Shown in pieces: positions 37,212 through 52,764 of a stretch of 64,000 bases of DNA. The notes beneath the pieces were generated by a model. That model ran no database searches. It was not told where the DNA came from and saw only the letters and a list, made by a program, of their open reading frames with translations. Numbering within the stretch: position 1 is the first letter of the stretch; every line of letters starts with the position of its first letter. The stretch comes from Octopus vulgaris (taxonomy: Eukaryota), in contig OX597818.1 in NCBI GenBank assembly GCA_951406725.2, forward strand, positions 136,648,001-136,712,000, given 5' to 3'. A program made the translations under genes and the position numbers.

Positions 37212-37538
37212 TGTGTGTGTTTATATACATATGGGGAAAGAGAGGCAGAAAGAAATGTGTGTGTCTAAATGAATTTGAAAGAGCATGGGTGTGTATGTGT
37301 GCAGTGGGGAGAGAGAGAGGAGGTGCGAGCATGTGTTTACATATAATGTGAGTGATGTTTGAGTCTATGTACGTGTATGTCTGCCTGTGCCTTTTGTATT
37401 CCATATTCCCAGATTACACTTTGAAGAAGAAGAGGAGAAATTGCTTTGACAATGTCTTGCAAGTTAATATATACATTTCTTGCATTAGAGAACAACACCA
37501 AAAGAGTTCTGCAGCTGCTGCAGAGCAATAATACCTAG

Positions 37539-37576
<38 letters not shown>

Positions 37577-37689
37577 GAGTAGCAGTATCCAAAGGAGTGA
37601 CAATAGGAACATAGCAACTAAAATACAGTTATGCAAATGACAGCCGACATCCTCCCACCTCCTACCACAGCTCCCACCCCGGGCCTCCA

Positions 37690-38340
37690 TCACAACCACT
37701 GCCAACTTCAAAACCACCACCACCACCACTACCACCACTAACTACCATCACTGCCACCACCAAAACCACCACTAAAACCACCATCACTACCAAAGCCACC
37801 CACTGCCAACTTCAAAACCACCACCACCACCACCACTGCCGTGACCACCACTCACCACCATCACTGCCACCACTGAAACCACCACTAAAACCATCAGAAC
37901 CATCACTACTAAAGCCACCCACTGCCAACTTCAAAACCACCACCATCACCCCCACCACCGAAACCACCACTAAAACCACCATCGCCACCACCACCAAAAC
38001 CATCATCACCATCACTACCGAAGCCACCATCACCATTGTCACCCAAACCACCACCACTATTGTGACCATCACTCAGCACCATTATCCCCACCGAAACCAC
38101 ATGCAAAGTCACTGTTGCTGCCACCACCACCACCACCACCAAAGCCCCCTTTGCTGCCACCACCATCCAAACCATCATCGCCGTCACCACCAAAACCACC
38201 ATCATCACTATCACCAAAACCACCATCACCACCAAACCCCCTTTGCTGCCACCACCATCCAAACCATCATCGCTGCCACCACCAAAACCACCATCTTCAC
38301 TATCACCAAAACCCCCACCACCACCACCACCACCACCACA
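37690..38340. repeat. (CAC/CAT)n compound repeat with higher-order ~90-120-bp duplications
   Basis: CACTGCCAACTTCAAAACCACC at 37697, 37801, 37920; CCCCTTTGCTGCCACCACCATCCAAACC twice. Confidence 0.9.
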
Positions 38341-38488
38341 GATAAATGTATTTTATGATCTATAAACATTAATTGATTAGAATGTCAGCCCTTTCTGCTG
38401 AAATGAGGAAGATATTCAATATGGCCCTTGTGTGTACATGTGTGTGTGTGTGTGTGTGTGTGCGTGTGCATTTCTATCTTTCGCCTAC

Positions 38489-38803
38489 CTAATCCCTAAC
38501 AACTACAACCATATGTTTAATGTATCTTATTGATGGGGTCGGTCCATTGTTTTCAGTTAAGATTCTTGGTGTATCTGAAATATTATCCCCTGCCTGTCCT
38601 GCTTTCTCTCTCTCATTCTTGTACTTTATGTGTTGAATATTGAACGGTTTGTATACTTTCCCCAAGACATTAATATACGAAGAGAAGGCGAAAGTAAAGC
38701 AGCGGTTACTGTAGCTAGTGTTTCTGAGAAATAAATACAACCCGTCCATGAGCACCATCACTAAATTAGAGGCTTTAACTACCAACAGCTGGATGGTTGT
38801 GTG
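38489..38803 (-). CDS. Candidate exon, 105 codons, ending in TAG at a donor site
   Basis: Acceptor attctttAG at 38804, open frame HTTIQLLVVKASNLV..HMVVVVRD*, then GTAGGC; no homology recognised. Confidence 0.2.
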   Translation of the reverse strand, partial: HTTIQLLVVKASNLVMVLMDGLYLFLRNTSYSNRCFTFAFSSYINVLGKVYKPFNIQHIKYKNEREKAGQAGDNISDTPRILTENNGPTPSIRYIKHMVVVVRD

Positions 38804-39558
38804 CTAAAGAATTAATATCTTAGAGAGACAATAAATTAGATAGGTATATCATCATCATTGCTTTAGTGTCCACCTTTCCGTGCTGACATGGGTTAGATGG
38901 AATTTCTTGAAGCAGATTTCCTATGGCCAGATGCCCTGCTTTCTGTCAAACCTCACCTGTTTCCAAGTAGGGTAGAATTTATCCATGACCAGACATGTTT
39001 TTCACTGAAGACAGGAAATAAAGAATACTGCTTGTATACTCTTTTACTTGTTTCAGTTATTTGACTGTGGCCATGCTGGAGCACCATCTTTTGACAGTGA
39101 GCTTCGTATACTGCTATTACTTGTTGTCAAAACAAGGAGGCAGAAACATGCACATGCATGTGCATGAACATACACAAACACACATACATGTGACAGGTTT
39201 CTTTTAAGTTTCCATCTACCAAATTCATTCACAAGGCTCTGGCCTGGGGACACAGTACAAGACACTCATTCAAAGTGTCCCACAAGTTAAATTGAACTTG
39301 AAACCATGTGTTTGGGAAGCAAGCCTCTTATTTCTTTATTGCCCACAAGGGACTAAACATACAGGGGATAAACAAGGACTGACAAAGGGATTAAGTTGAT
39401 TACATTGACCCCAGTGCGTAACTGGTACTTAATTTATCGACCCCGAAAGGATGAAAGGCAAAGTCGACCTTGGCAGAATTTGAACTCAGAACATAGCAGC
39501 AGATGAGATACCCCTAAGCATTTCACCTGGCGTGCTAACATTTCTGCCAGCTCGCCAC

Positions 39559-39630
<72 letters not shown>

Positions 39631-40464
39631 GTATGTATGTATATATATATGTACAAGCTTCTACCACACACCAACACCTCTTTAGTATATTCAATGAAAA
39701 TATATAACCATAAAGATATACAGACATATATGCATATGTATGTGTGTATATGTGAGTGTGTGCATGTATTTGGTTACATTTAGTTGAGATGTGTCATTTG
39801 CAAGGTTTCCTTAACATTCTGGCAGACACACACACGAATATGCACTTATGTTTGTATACAGCAAGCTTCCACACAGTTTCTGTCTACCAAATTCACTCAC
39901 TCACAAGGTATAGTAGAAGACATTTGGCCAAAGTGCTATACGGTGGGACTGAACCCAAAACCATGTGGTTGCAAAGCAAACTCTTTAATCACACAGCCAT
40001 GCCTTCACATACCTACTTACCTACCCTGCCTCTAGGTTTGGCGATGCAAACAGGACAAAAATAAAACAGAGCACATAACATGAGCATATACATTTTATTA
40101 ATATTTAGCAGGAGAATTTTGTCCATCTTTACATTTTGAGCTCAAATTCTGCTGGGGTTGACTTTGCCTTTCATCCTTTTGGGTGTCACTAAAAAAAAGT
40201 ACCAGTTGCAGGCCTTGTGTGAAAATTTGAAATCAATATTTAGCAACAGAGTGATTCAAGGGTTTGATAAGTGCTAATGCACGAAACTGTTGGCCTTTGA
40301 GTCACTCTGTTGCTTCTGCTAAATATTAATATAACATTAACAATTACCTTGCCTTAGATTTATCTCTATGCTGGTTCATCTGCAAACAAACATTCGTACA
40401 AACAACATGGACTAAAAACTCTTTAAGATACTATGAAATTGTAATATTTTCACCAATTTTCCTA

Positions 40465-40877
40465 GTCGCAGGAGTGGCTGTGTGGTAAGTAGCTTGCTTA
40501 CCAACCACATGGTTCCGGGTTCAGTCCCACTGCGTGGCACCTTGGGCAAGTGTCTTCTACTATAGCCTCGGGCCGACCAAAGCCTTGGGAGTGGATTTGG
40601 TAAATGGAAACTGAAAGAAGCCCGTCGTATATATGTATATATATATATGTGTGTGTGTTTGTTTGTGTGTCTGTGTTTGTCCCCGTAGCATTGCTTGACA
40701 ACCGATGCTGGTGTGTTTATGTCCCCGTCACTTAGCGGTTCGGCAAAAGAGACCGATAGAATAAGTACTGGGCTTACAAAGAATAAGTCCTGGGGTCGAG
40801 TTGCTTGATTTAAGGCGGTGCTCCAGCATGGCCGCAGTCAAATGACTGAAACAAGTAAAAGAGAAAGAGAAAGAGAG
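40465..40877 (+). mobile_element. SINE family A, full length
   Basis: tRNA-like head, microsatellite linker, (AAAGAG)n tail. Confidence 0.93.
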
Positions 40878-42293
40878 TCATGATTATCAAAACGTGAAAC
40901 CGGTAGACTATCATAATACTCTATCTTCATCCTTATCATCATTTAACATCTGTTTTCCATGCTGGCGGGTGCATTTTCCTTCTTTTGTTATTTTTTTTTT
41001 CACTACACCACATGGGGAAAATTTCTTCAACAAAATTCTTTATTATATATATATATATAGAATTTCGTTGAAGAGATTATATATATATATGTGTGTGTGT
41101 ATATATATATATATATATAAAAATAAAAATATACATACATACATATATATATATACACAGGGTTAGCCAAAAGTCACCTGACAGTAAATCAAAATTCCAT
41201 AAATACTTTCTGTAATTCTGTACTGGAATTGAAATAGGTAGATTTATAACATGAACTATGCCATGTATCTCCAAGCAATCTGTTGGGCTCTCTTTATGCA
41301 TTACATATATCTTAAAAATTAGAATGCTCATTTTTTTTCTCATTTTCTCACAGTTCAGCATCCCAGGTTTTAAAATACATATAATACATAAATATACATA
41401 TAACATATAAACATATATATATAAAACACATAAATGGGTAGTAAAATACCCAAGTAAATTCTAACACAGCTCAGTTTATTGCAATTAATGAGCAACTATT
41501 ATTTTAATTATTTGGTCATTCCCTGAAGACAGCAACTAAAACAAGGCTTGGAGACATTTCCAATATGGAAAAAGTCATTTCCACCAATAAAACATGGAAC
41601 AAAAGAAGAAATCACTGGTAAAATAAAAGTTTAAAAATAAAAATAAAAATAAAATGAAAATAAATAGCTGAAAATAATATATTTTCTAATTAATTAGATC
41701 TCATTAACAATTTAAATAGAAAGAAAATTTTTTTATTTGTTCATTCAAAAATTTGTTTGTTCATTCAAAAAAAGAAGCAAAAACAAAAAAAAGTCTGGTT
41801 AAAATGGTTCATTAGTCTGATTAATACTACAAAGAAGGTTAATTTTTTTTTGTAGTGTCCAAGAGATAGTAGGCAGATCTTATGATACTATTACTACTAC
41901 TACTACCAGCACCAGCACCACCTCCACTGAGTGAATGAATGGTTTAAGGTCATCAATTAGTAGCTTCCCCACTCGACATGCACTGTTAAGCGTCTTGGCA
42001 ACTCATTACACACCTGTATTTATGAGCTGACAGAGAAGCCTTGACATGCAAGAAATAATGGTGAAGAAATGAAATCTCCCTCAGATCATATTCAACTACC
42101 TAAAATACCAAAAAAAAACCAAAAAAAAAAAGGAAAACCCCCAAAAAACAAAACAAAAAAGAACATTGGATATATATATAGCACTAGATATGTTTGAAAT
42201 TCAAACAGGATGGTCCTGGCAGGAATACTTTGGTTGTAGGTCTACTTGGATTAATGATTAAGATAATGAATTGTCATCATTTCTTCCACTGCT

Positions 42294-42764
<471 letters not shown>

Positions 42765-43229
42765 TGCCACACTAATTACATATTAATCATTTTTTCTTCT
42801 AATTTCCACAACTCCCCATTTTATGTCACCATACCAGATATGTCTGTAGCTGTTTAGCCTTGGTAGGTCCCCAATTTCATGTTCTGAGTTTTTTCACCCT
42901 CTATTATGTTACAGAAGCCTGAAAAATATAATATCTGATCTAGCCTGTGGTGCAGCACAATAACAATTGCCAGCAAAGCTTATTTTACATTGAGTAAAAA
43001 TAGCAGTGGTAGGAGGAATGTGTCTATAAATCTTCTCTTTGGTTTTGTGTTGAAGCCATGAAGTAATCTCAGCCCTCACAAGAAGCCTGGAAGATGATTT
43101 ACCAAGGAGATGTTGAAACACCTTCATAGTTCATGTTTTGGATCATCATCATCAGGATCCTCATCAACATCATCATCATACCTTTAATAACTGCTTTCCA
43201 TGCTGGCATGGGTTGGATGGTTTGACCAG

Positions 43230-43459
43230 GCGGCGAGCTAGCAGAAACGTTAGCACATCGGGCGAAATGCTTAGCGGTATTTCGGCTGCCGTTACGTTGT
43301 GAGTTCAAATTCCGCCGAGGTCGACTTTGCCTTTCATCCTTTTGGGGTCGATAAATTAAGTACCAGTTAAGCACTGGGGTCGATATAATCGACTTAATAC
43401 CTATGTCTGTCCATGTTTGTCTCCTCTGTGTTTAGCCCCTTGTGGGTAATAAAGAAATA
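43230..43459 (+). mobile_element. SINE family B nested in a family C element, 11-bp TSD
   Basis: GGTTTGACCAG at 43219-43229 and 43460-43470. Confidence 0.93.
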
Positions 43460-43826
43460 GGTTTGACCAGAGCTAGCAAACAGGAGAGCTTGCAGCAGGT
43501 TCCAATCTGATCTGGCTTGGTTTCTATGCCTGGAAGTCCTTCTTAATGCCAACCACTTTACAGTGTGCGCTGGGTGCTCAATAGCGCACCCAGCACACAC
43601 AGTAAAAAAACACCCTGAAGGAGGTCAGCAGCTGTTGACTTTCAGAAGATTGCCAGATGTTTTGAAGCTACTTACAGACAATTCTGCCACCTTGCCAATA
43701 AATGGTGTTGCCAAATAATATTTCTATCATAGGTGCAATCCTAGCAGTTTTTGGAAGGGAATTAATTGATAATGTGATTATATTGACCCTAGTACTTTAT
43801 TTTACTGGTATTTTATATAATTAACC

Positions 43827-44243
43827 CTAGGAGTGGCTGTGTGGTAAGTAGCTTGCTAACCAATCACATGGTTCCGGGTTCAGTCCCACTGCGTGGCATC
43901 TTGGGCAAGTGTCTTCTGCTATAGCCCCGGGCCGACCAATGCCTTGTGAGTGGATTTGGTAGACGGAAACTGAAAGAAGCCTGTCGTATATATGTATATA
44001 TATATATGTGTGTGTGTGTGCATATATGTTTGTGTGTCTGTGTCTGTCCCCCTAGCATTGCTTGACAACCGATGCTGGTGTGTTTACGTCCCCGTCACTT
44101 AGCGGTTCGGCAAAAGAGACCGATAGAATAAGTACTGGGCTTACAAAGAATAAGTTCCGGGGTCGATTTGCTCGACTACAGGCGGTGCTCCAGCACGGCC
44201 GCAGTCAAATGACTGAAACAAGTAAAAGAGAGTAAAGAGTAAA
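43827..44243 (+). mobile_element. SINE family A, full length
   Basis: As 40465. Confidence 0.93.
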
Positions 44244-45098
44244 GGTGAAAGGTGAAGTTGGCCACAATGAGATTTGAACTTACAACGAACAGTGCCAGAA
44301 TCAATACTGCAAAGTATTTTGTCCAACACTCTACTGATTATGCCATTGCACTATGCATCAATTTTTGTCAAATAATGTACACAAAGAAACAAATGAATGG
44401 TTTCGCCATGCAAAGTAGTGAATGGATCATCATCATGACGATGATGACAATGATGATGATGATGATGAAGTATGCTGGGTGAATAGATGATAAGTGTTCT
44501 TGAGTAGAAGATATTTTTAGCACTCAACTTGAACAAAATCCTTAGAAACTAGCTGCTTAAAATGTAAATATCCATTGGCGAGGTTGAAGAAATGGCTCAG
44601 CTGTTGTTACCATCATACAAAACAGATACACATACACATATCTGTGTAACAAATACAGGTACACACACACACACATTCATATAACACATGCATTCATACA
44701 TTAATACAAGCACACATAGACACTTCACCCATACACATGCTAACATCAATCACCCTATCTGAATTTGCCATTGTTTTTTGCTTCCCTTTTTTTTGTCACC
44801 CCCACCATCTACCAGAATAACATTTATCTTGGGAACTAATACCTGTCTTAGCTGTGTCTCACTTAACTGAATGACCCCGGCCATGATGAAGTACAAAATA
44901 AGTCCCATGGACTTAAAGGGTTAATACTTTAATCCTTAGCACTTATTTCACACTTCTATTTTTTCCACGGATATCCCAGAGCAATGGCATAGAAGGGATA
45001 TTATCTAAGTTTATGTAAGAAGATTACACTGTACTCCACACCAACCCCAACGGTACAACTAATTAGTGCTTCCCGGTAATCAACTGGGATTGCCTTAC

Positions 45099-45301
45099 TC
45101 AACGTGTTTTGCCTGCAGTTAACTTGGAAGGGGTCAATATTAGTGGCATCAATCTGACCGGGCTCTGATGTCCAGTGAAAGCCATGTACGCTATCTCCTC
45201 CTCCCTCATCAATCTGGTCAGATCCACGTAACAGACATCATAGAAGAGATAAGGAAGAATTTGTGGATTATAAGAAACATGTTCAAACCACACCCATGAC
45301 A
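45099..45301 (-). CDS. Candidate exon SWVWFEHVSYNPQILPYLFYDVCYVDLTRLMREEEIAYMAFTGHQSPVRLMPLILTPSKLTAGKTR*
   Basis: Pyrimidine-rich acceptor ctgtctcccacccactactAG, single open frame, complex sequence, TGA abuts GTAAGG; protein not recognised. Confidence 0.25.
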
Positions 45302-46189
45302 CTAGTAGTGGGTGGGAGACAGGTATAAAGTTATTGTTGTTGATGATGATGATGGTGGTGATGTTGATGATAACGAAGGCAATGGCTTAAGATGATGATG
45401 ATGCCAATGATTGGGGTTGTGATTTTGGTGGTGATAGTAGTGATGATGATGAGGATGATGATATTGGTGGTGGTGGTGGTGGTGAGGGTAGAAATGATGG
45501 TGATGCTTGTAGTGATAATGCGGTAATGATAGTTGTGATGATGACGACGACGATAATGACGATGACGACGATGATAATGAGAATAGTAATGCTGATGAAA
45601 GTGGTAGAAATAATGATAACACCATCACGATGGTGATAGTGGAGATGGTGTTGACAGGGGTGGGAGACTGAGAGGGAAGATAAAGTGAGAATGGGAGAGA
45701 GAAAGAGAAAGAGAACAAGAGAGAGAGAAAGAGAGTGCGTAAATCATACAATCACCAACATTATCATTCATTCTACACACGTAATCTTCAAATTCCAATT
45801 TAATCGCTTCAAATTTTTCACATCAAAAGTACATCACTCTCTCTGTGTCTCTCTTTCTCCTCTTTATAAACACACTGGTACATACACACAAATATATATA
45901 TATATATACACTCTCACACACACAAATATGTGGACCTGTGTATATATGTGGATTTATCGATTAAAAACTGCGCTTGGCTTTTCTGTTTGAAACTGAAGAC
46001 AATAAAGAACATGATTGAAAAACAACAAACGTGGAACAATGAAAATGGTATCCTTGATGCTGATACCAAACATGAGATTCTGGACATGAAAGGAATCGGT
46101 CTGAATATAGGCATTAGTCTGAATGTGTGTGTGTGTAGACATACAGATACATGCAAGTACACGCACACACACACACACACACACACATG

Positions 46190-46740
46190 CATGCATGCAT
46201 ACATACATACATACATACATACATACATACATACATACATACATACATACATACATACATTCATACATACATACATACATACATACGTACATACATACAT
46301 ACATACATACATACACACACACACATGCATGCATACAAACATACATACATACATACATACATACATTCATACATACATACATACATGCATACATTCATAC
46401 ATACATACATACATACGTACATACATACATACATACTTACATACATACATACACACATACATACATACATACATACATACATACATGCATACATGCATAC
46501 ATACATACATACATACATACATACATACACACATGCATGCATACATACATACATACATACATACATACATACATTCATACGTACATGCATACATACATAC
46601 ATACATACATACATACATGAATACATACATACATACATACATTCATACATACATACATACACACACACATTCATACATACATGCATACATACATACATAC
46701 TTACATACATACATACATACATACATACACACACACACAA
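46190..46740. repeat. (CATA)n tetranucleotide array, ~550 bp
   Basis: Direct. Confidence 0.98.
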
Positions 46741-47461
46741 ATACATGTACACACACATATATGGTTCAAATGAACAAAAAACAAGACAAAGACAGGTGAG
46801 GGAACAACAAGCAGGTGTATTATTAGTTTGATGCTAGGGAAAAATGGGAAAGTCTTTGATGTTTTCGGGAGCCTATGCTCTTTGACAGTAAGGGATGAGT
46901 AAAAAAAAAAGATGGAGAGAAAGAGAAAAAAAAAAAGGGTCAGGATTAACAGTTCCACATGTTGAAATGACTGGAAAGAAGAGGTCAATGGAAGAGGAGA
47001 TAACAGTGACCTGGCTAAACTGGAGTGCATGTGTGTATATGAGTGAATGTGTATGTGTGTGTGTGTGTGTGTGGACAAGTGCATGTGTATTTATGCGTGG
47101 CAAGCATGAAATTGTGTGAGCCTCTGTGTGTCTGTGTGTGTATGTATGGGCATGCATGTCTGTGTGTGTATAAATAAACAAATGTGTGTGTAGAAATAAA
47201 CAAATACGTGTGCTGCATAGAGTAATGTGTGCTCTGCGAATTTGTCTATGTGTGCATGTATATGTGTGTGTGTATCAAAGAGACTAGAATTTAGGGAATA
47301 AAATAAGAAAACTGTTAATAAAATTTGTAAACTAAGATAAGATTATGTGATAGAAAAAGCATTTTGAAGATCCTTTGAAGAAGGGCTGCTTAGAACATTT
47401 GTTTACACATATATACACAAGTGCACACACACACAGACACACACACACATATATATATACT

Positions 47462-47493
<32 letters not shown>

Positions 47494-48059
47494 CTCACAC
47501 ACACACAAACACATATATATATATACTCACACACACACACATATATATATACTCACACATACACACACATATATACATATATATATACTCACACACACAC
47601 ACATATATATATATATACTCTCACACACACACATATATATATACTCACACACACACACATATATATACTCACACACACACACATATATATATATACTCAC
47701 ACACACACATATATATATATATATGCTTTTGAAGCTGAAGCTGGTATATTTGAACTGAAACTAGAAACTCTCAGGGCTCAGCTTCAAATATATAAATTGC
47801 ACAATAAGCATTGAGTACTTTGATCCTTATAGTTGTAAATGCAAACACACAGAAACATCGGCCGAGTGGTTCAACGATGTGGTTTCAGGTTCAATTCCAA
47901 TATGAGGCATCTTGGGCTAACCTAATTCTGGACAGTGGATTTAGGTGGCCAGAAACTGACAGAAGCTCCTTGTGTGTGTGTACCTGCATGCATGTTTGTA
48001 CAAATGTGTCTGTTTCCATCCCCTTGTCTTGACATTGTGCACTAACTGTAAACATGTGT

Positions 48060-48683
48060 TTATTCTTTTCTATTCTAGTACAAGGCCAGAAATTTTTGGG
48101 GAGGGGGGCAGTCAATTAGATTGACCCCAGTACACAACTGGTACTTAAATCATTGACCTCAAAAGGATGAAAGGCAAAGTCGAATGCTAAGCATTTCACC
48201 TGGCATGCTAATGTTTCTGCCAGCTCACTGACTTGTAAACATGACTTTTTTCTTTTCTGTTCTAGGCACAAGGCCCAAAATTTTAGGGAGGTGAGGCCCA
48301 GTCGATTCGATTGATCCCAGTATGCAACTGGTACTTAATTTATTGATCCTGAAAGGATGAGAAGCAAAGTCAACCGCAGTGGAATTTGAACTCAGAGTGT
48401 AAAGACAGACGAAATAACGCTAAGCATTTCACCCGACATTCTAACATTTCTTATTTCTTTATTGCCCACAAGGGGCTAAACAGAGAGGGGACAAACAAGG
48501 ACACACAAAGGGATTAAGTCGAATACATCGACCCCAGTGCATAACTGGTACTTAATTTATTGACCCTGAAAGGATGAAAGGCAAAGTCGACTTCAGCGGA
48601 ATTTGAACTCAGAACATAATGGCAAACGAAATACTGCTAAGCATTTCGCCCGGCGCGCTAACATTTCTGCCAAATCATCGCCT
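48060..48683 (-). mobile_element. Cluster of three SINE B units inside an older SINE
   Basis: Three AAAGGATGARARGCAAAGTC cores; two tail types; flanking motif TGTAAACWTG repeated three times. Confidence 0.85.
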
Positions 48684-49295
48684 TGTAAACTTGACTTTAT
48701 TGTCATACAGAGGAGGTGCTTTGCTTGCAATCTTGTGTGGAAACCTTTCTTGATGAAGGGAAAAATTATCTTGCTTGAAAACAAGTGTGGCTTAGTGGCA
48801 GGAATAATATCTGGCCATAAAAAAATATCCTGCTTCAATGAATCTCATCCAATCCATGCAAGAATGGCAAAGTAGACATCAAAATAATGATGACAACGAC
48901 AAAGATGATGATGATAAATATATTGTCATCATTGCCATTGTTTTTTACATCTACTTTTCTGTGCTGGCATAACTTGGATAAAACTTATTGAAGCAGTTAT
49001 TCGATACCTGAATGCCATTCCTACACCCAATCCTTGTTTTCAATTTTGGTAATTTCATTCCATTGGCTTCACAAGGTTACTAGACATATTGTTTACAGGA
49101 AATGGAAACAAGTAATTTGAAAGGGTTAATGGAACCTGCAAAACTTGACATTTCCCAGACTGTTTTTTTCTTCTGAAGATAGGCCTTTGAGCCAGCAATA
49201 TAAAGGTTTAACAAAACTTACTGCATTGTCAGAAGCTTTCTATTTTCTATTTTTTCTACCTTCTTCGATTGTGTGTGTGTGTGTGTGGGGGGGGG

Positions 49296-49664
49296 GGTGC
49301 TAAGAGCACCATCCGAGCGTGATCGTTGCCAGACTGGTAACTGGCTTCCGTGCCGGTGGCATGTAAACGGCACCATTCGAGCGTGATTGTTACCAGTGTC
49401 ACATCACTGGCCTTGTGCCGGTGGCACGTGAAAAGACATTCAAGCAAGGTTGTTGCCAGTACCACCTGACTGGCCCCGTACCGGTGGCACGTAAAAAGCA
49501 CCCACTACATTCTCGGAGTCGTTGGCGTTAGGAAGGGCATCCAGCTGTAGAAACTCTGCCAGATCAAGATTGGAGCCTGGTGCAACCATCTGTTTCGCCA
49601 GCCCTCAGTCAAATCGTCCAACCCATGCTAGCATGGAAAGCAGACGTTGAACGATGATGATGAT
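49296..49664 (+). mobile_element. Family C variant with tandem units
   Basis: Three GTRCCGGTGGCAYG units, core, (GAT)n. Confidence 0.9.
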
Positions 49665-52184
49665 GTGTGTGTAAAATAATTAATAGCAACAGAAGCAGGA
49701 TTAATATTGAAAGGTAATATTTATCAAAACACAAAATCCTACAATAGTTACCACGAAACCCTCTCATATGAACTTTTGGTCTCTTTTTTCCTCCACATAT
49801 CTAAGCCCTTCTTCTTCCACCACTCCATTTCTAGGGTCATGTTGCTTTCTATCATTGCTCTATCCTCTCCCTCACGTTATCTTATTTGAATATACAAGTC
49901 CCAGAATACCAAGCACGTGTCCCTTTAAAGACTTATCACTATCATTCATACTGCCATCTATCTTTCATGCATCTCAGTTTTTATAGAGGTTAGTGATTGA
50001 GCAATCATGAGGTCAAGTGGTCACCTCTGTTCTGCTAATATCATCATCATCATCATCATTATCATTTAGCGTCCTTTTTCCATACTGGTATGGGTTAGAT
50101 GGTTTGACTGGAGATCGTAAGCTGGAAGGCTGCAAAAGACTCCAGTCTGTTTTGGCTTGGTTTCTATGGCTGGATGCCCTTCCTAATGCCAACCACTCCA
50201 GCTGGTATTAGAGAGGGAATTCAGCTATAAAAACAATGCAAAAAATGTAAATCTCCAACTGGTCAATGAGCAACACTTCCTAAACATGTGCTAATTCTGA
50301 CTGTGGAGATCTATTAAACCCATGACAGCACAGAAAGTAGATATAACATGATGACACACACACACACACACACACATACGCATGCACGTACACACACACA
50401 CACACACAAAGAGCACAAATTGTAGCTAAGGGTCTGGGTTGTTAAAATGTAACAAAACATGCCTTGCAGTTTTTTCTTTTTTTGTGTACTTTTACTTCAA
50501 ATATTGCCAAGTTTAACTTTGTCTTTCATCGTTTTAGGGAGCAATACGATAAAGTGTCAATAAGATAAAGTGCCAGTCCAGAATGGTGGACTGGAATAAC
50601 TTTTAGATTGTCAGCCAAGATGCTTTGCAGTGTTTGTTTTAGTATTTTGATTTTTTGGGGGAGTGCTCCGCCTAGTTCTTAGGTACCTTAGCAAAGTTCC
50701 CTCTGTTGTAAGCACCCAGACCAAGTCTCTGATTTGAAGATAACATCTCTCTGCAGTCTTGTTAGTGCTAACAAAAACAAAACAACAAAAACAAAATAAA
50801 GGAGTGGGTCTATTTGACTAAACCCTTCAAGGCAGTACCCCAGCCTGGCTGCAGTCCAATGGCTGACACAAGTTAAAGATAAAGTGAATACACACACACA
50901 CACACACACACAAACACACACGTGTGCATGTGTGTATAAACTGTTTTGTTTTCAAGGCAGCAAGGACTGAATCAGAAGAAGAGATAATAAACCATAGAAG
51001 ACAAACTCCATATGGTTGGTGAGTTATCACTTGGAATTTTTACAGTAGTGCTATACCAATCAACATCACCACTACCAACAACAGCAGCAAAAAAAAAATA
51101 TATATATATATATATATAAAAATAAAACAAAAGACAGTGGAGGTCATGTGGGGGTAGGTGGAATTGGTCTTTTAGTGCTCATTCACAGCTGCATTAGATT
51201 TATCAGATAACAACCAGTATTTGATCCTGAAAGTTCTGTTTCCCATTTTTTAATAACAAGAATAAAAAGAGACAGTGGAGAGTAGGAAGGGAGTTGTTGG
51301 CTGAGGAGGGGTTCAGAGTGCATTTAATATCTGTGTTGTTGTAATCTTTATTACTTTTGGTGATGGATCTATGAATGAAAACTTGTGGTGAAATATAATA
51401 GAAAGGGGGTGATGGCGGGGGGAGAGGAAGGAAAGAGCTGTGAAAACAGAGTGGTAGAGGAGGGTGGGGAGGGAGGCGTGCAAGAGAGGAAAGTGGGAAG
51501 TGGGAGAGAAAAAGAGAATGGATATAAAAGAGGAGTGGGGGTATGAGTGAAAGAAAGTTTAAGTTAAGTTGGTTGGGGTGTTTGAGAGGAGATGGGGATT
51601 GTGAGGGGAGAGAGAGCAAGCATGGGGGGAGTGAGAGAGAGCGATGGAACTGTTGAAAAAAAAAGTGGGTGGTGGTGGTGGTTGGAAGTAGAGGGGAAAA
51701 AGTAGTAGTCAAAGTAAGAAAGGAGGCTCAGAGAGGGAATGAAGATAGACATACATACACATACATACATACATGCATGCATACATACACTCACAAACAT
51801 ACACATGTACCTACATGCACACATATATACATGAAGAGACATGGCAGAGAAGAAAATATTACCTCATGTAGAATTAATTGACTTTGTAGATTTATAGCAA
51901 AGCTTTATGCATGAGAGTGGAAATTCCATGTATATGCATGTGGTGATGATGATGATGAACTGAGGGTGGTTTTTACGCATAATGGGTGTGCATTTGCATA
52001 TAGTCAAGAAATGCACATGCATGCTTGAGTGTTCAATTTAAATGCACATAAGTAAATCAAGTCAAAAGGAAAATATATAAAGGACATGCACACATGCATG
52101 CATACATGTGAATGTGTTTATGTGTACCTCTGTGTACATATATATATATATACATGTATATATATTCATACATGTATATATATT

Positions 52185-52229
<45 letters not shown>

Positions 52230-52273
52230 ATATGCATACATGTGAATGTGTTTATCTATGTGTACCTTTGTGA

Positions 52274-52321
<48 letters not shown>

Positions 52322-52764
52322 TTGTGGTTGTCTATGTATGTGTGTGTATATATATATATATACATATACTTGTGTGTGTGTATATATATTTACACAATTA
52401 CATATATACCTATATAATTGTGTGTGTGTATATATATATATATATACACACACACACATGTATGTGTGAGTAAGAAGTAAAATACATGTATGTGTATATG
52501 AACACACACACACACACACATGTAGAAGCTATGAAGCAAAATATAAGGATCAGAAAGAGTGAAGTTATTTTGCTCACTGATCACAGAACACATTAGTAAG
52601 GCAACGCCAAGACATAAAATAATGGTGACAGAAAGGTAGCGGTGGTGCTACTGTTGATTATCATTACTATCTTCATTGCCATTACCATCATTTATGATAA
52701 AATTATGCCAAGGCTGTGTCAAAAGTGATGCAAATGTAGGCATAACTTTTTTGATTAACTGACA

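Noticed and set aside
41155-41200. Tc1-like TIR (CAGGGTTAGCCAAAAGTCACC)
   Set aside because: No matching opposite end found nearby
45930-46831. Longest ORFs in the track (289 aa, 226 aa) and similar ones at 6020, 36645-37404, 59405-59911
   Set aside because: Translations of (CATA)n, (TA/CA)n and (GAT)n tracts that lack stops; the non-repetitive 45960-46110 part has no good splice signals or recognisable homology
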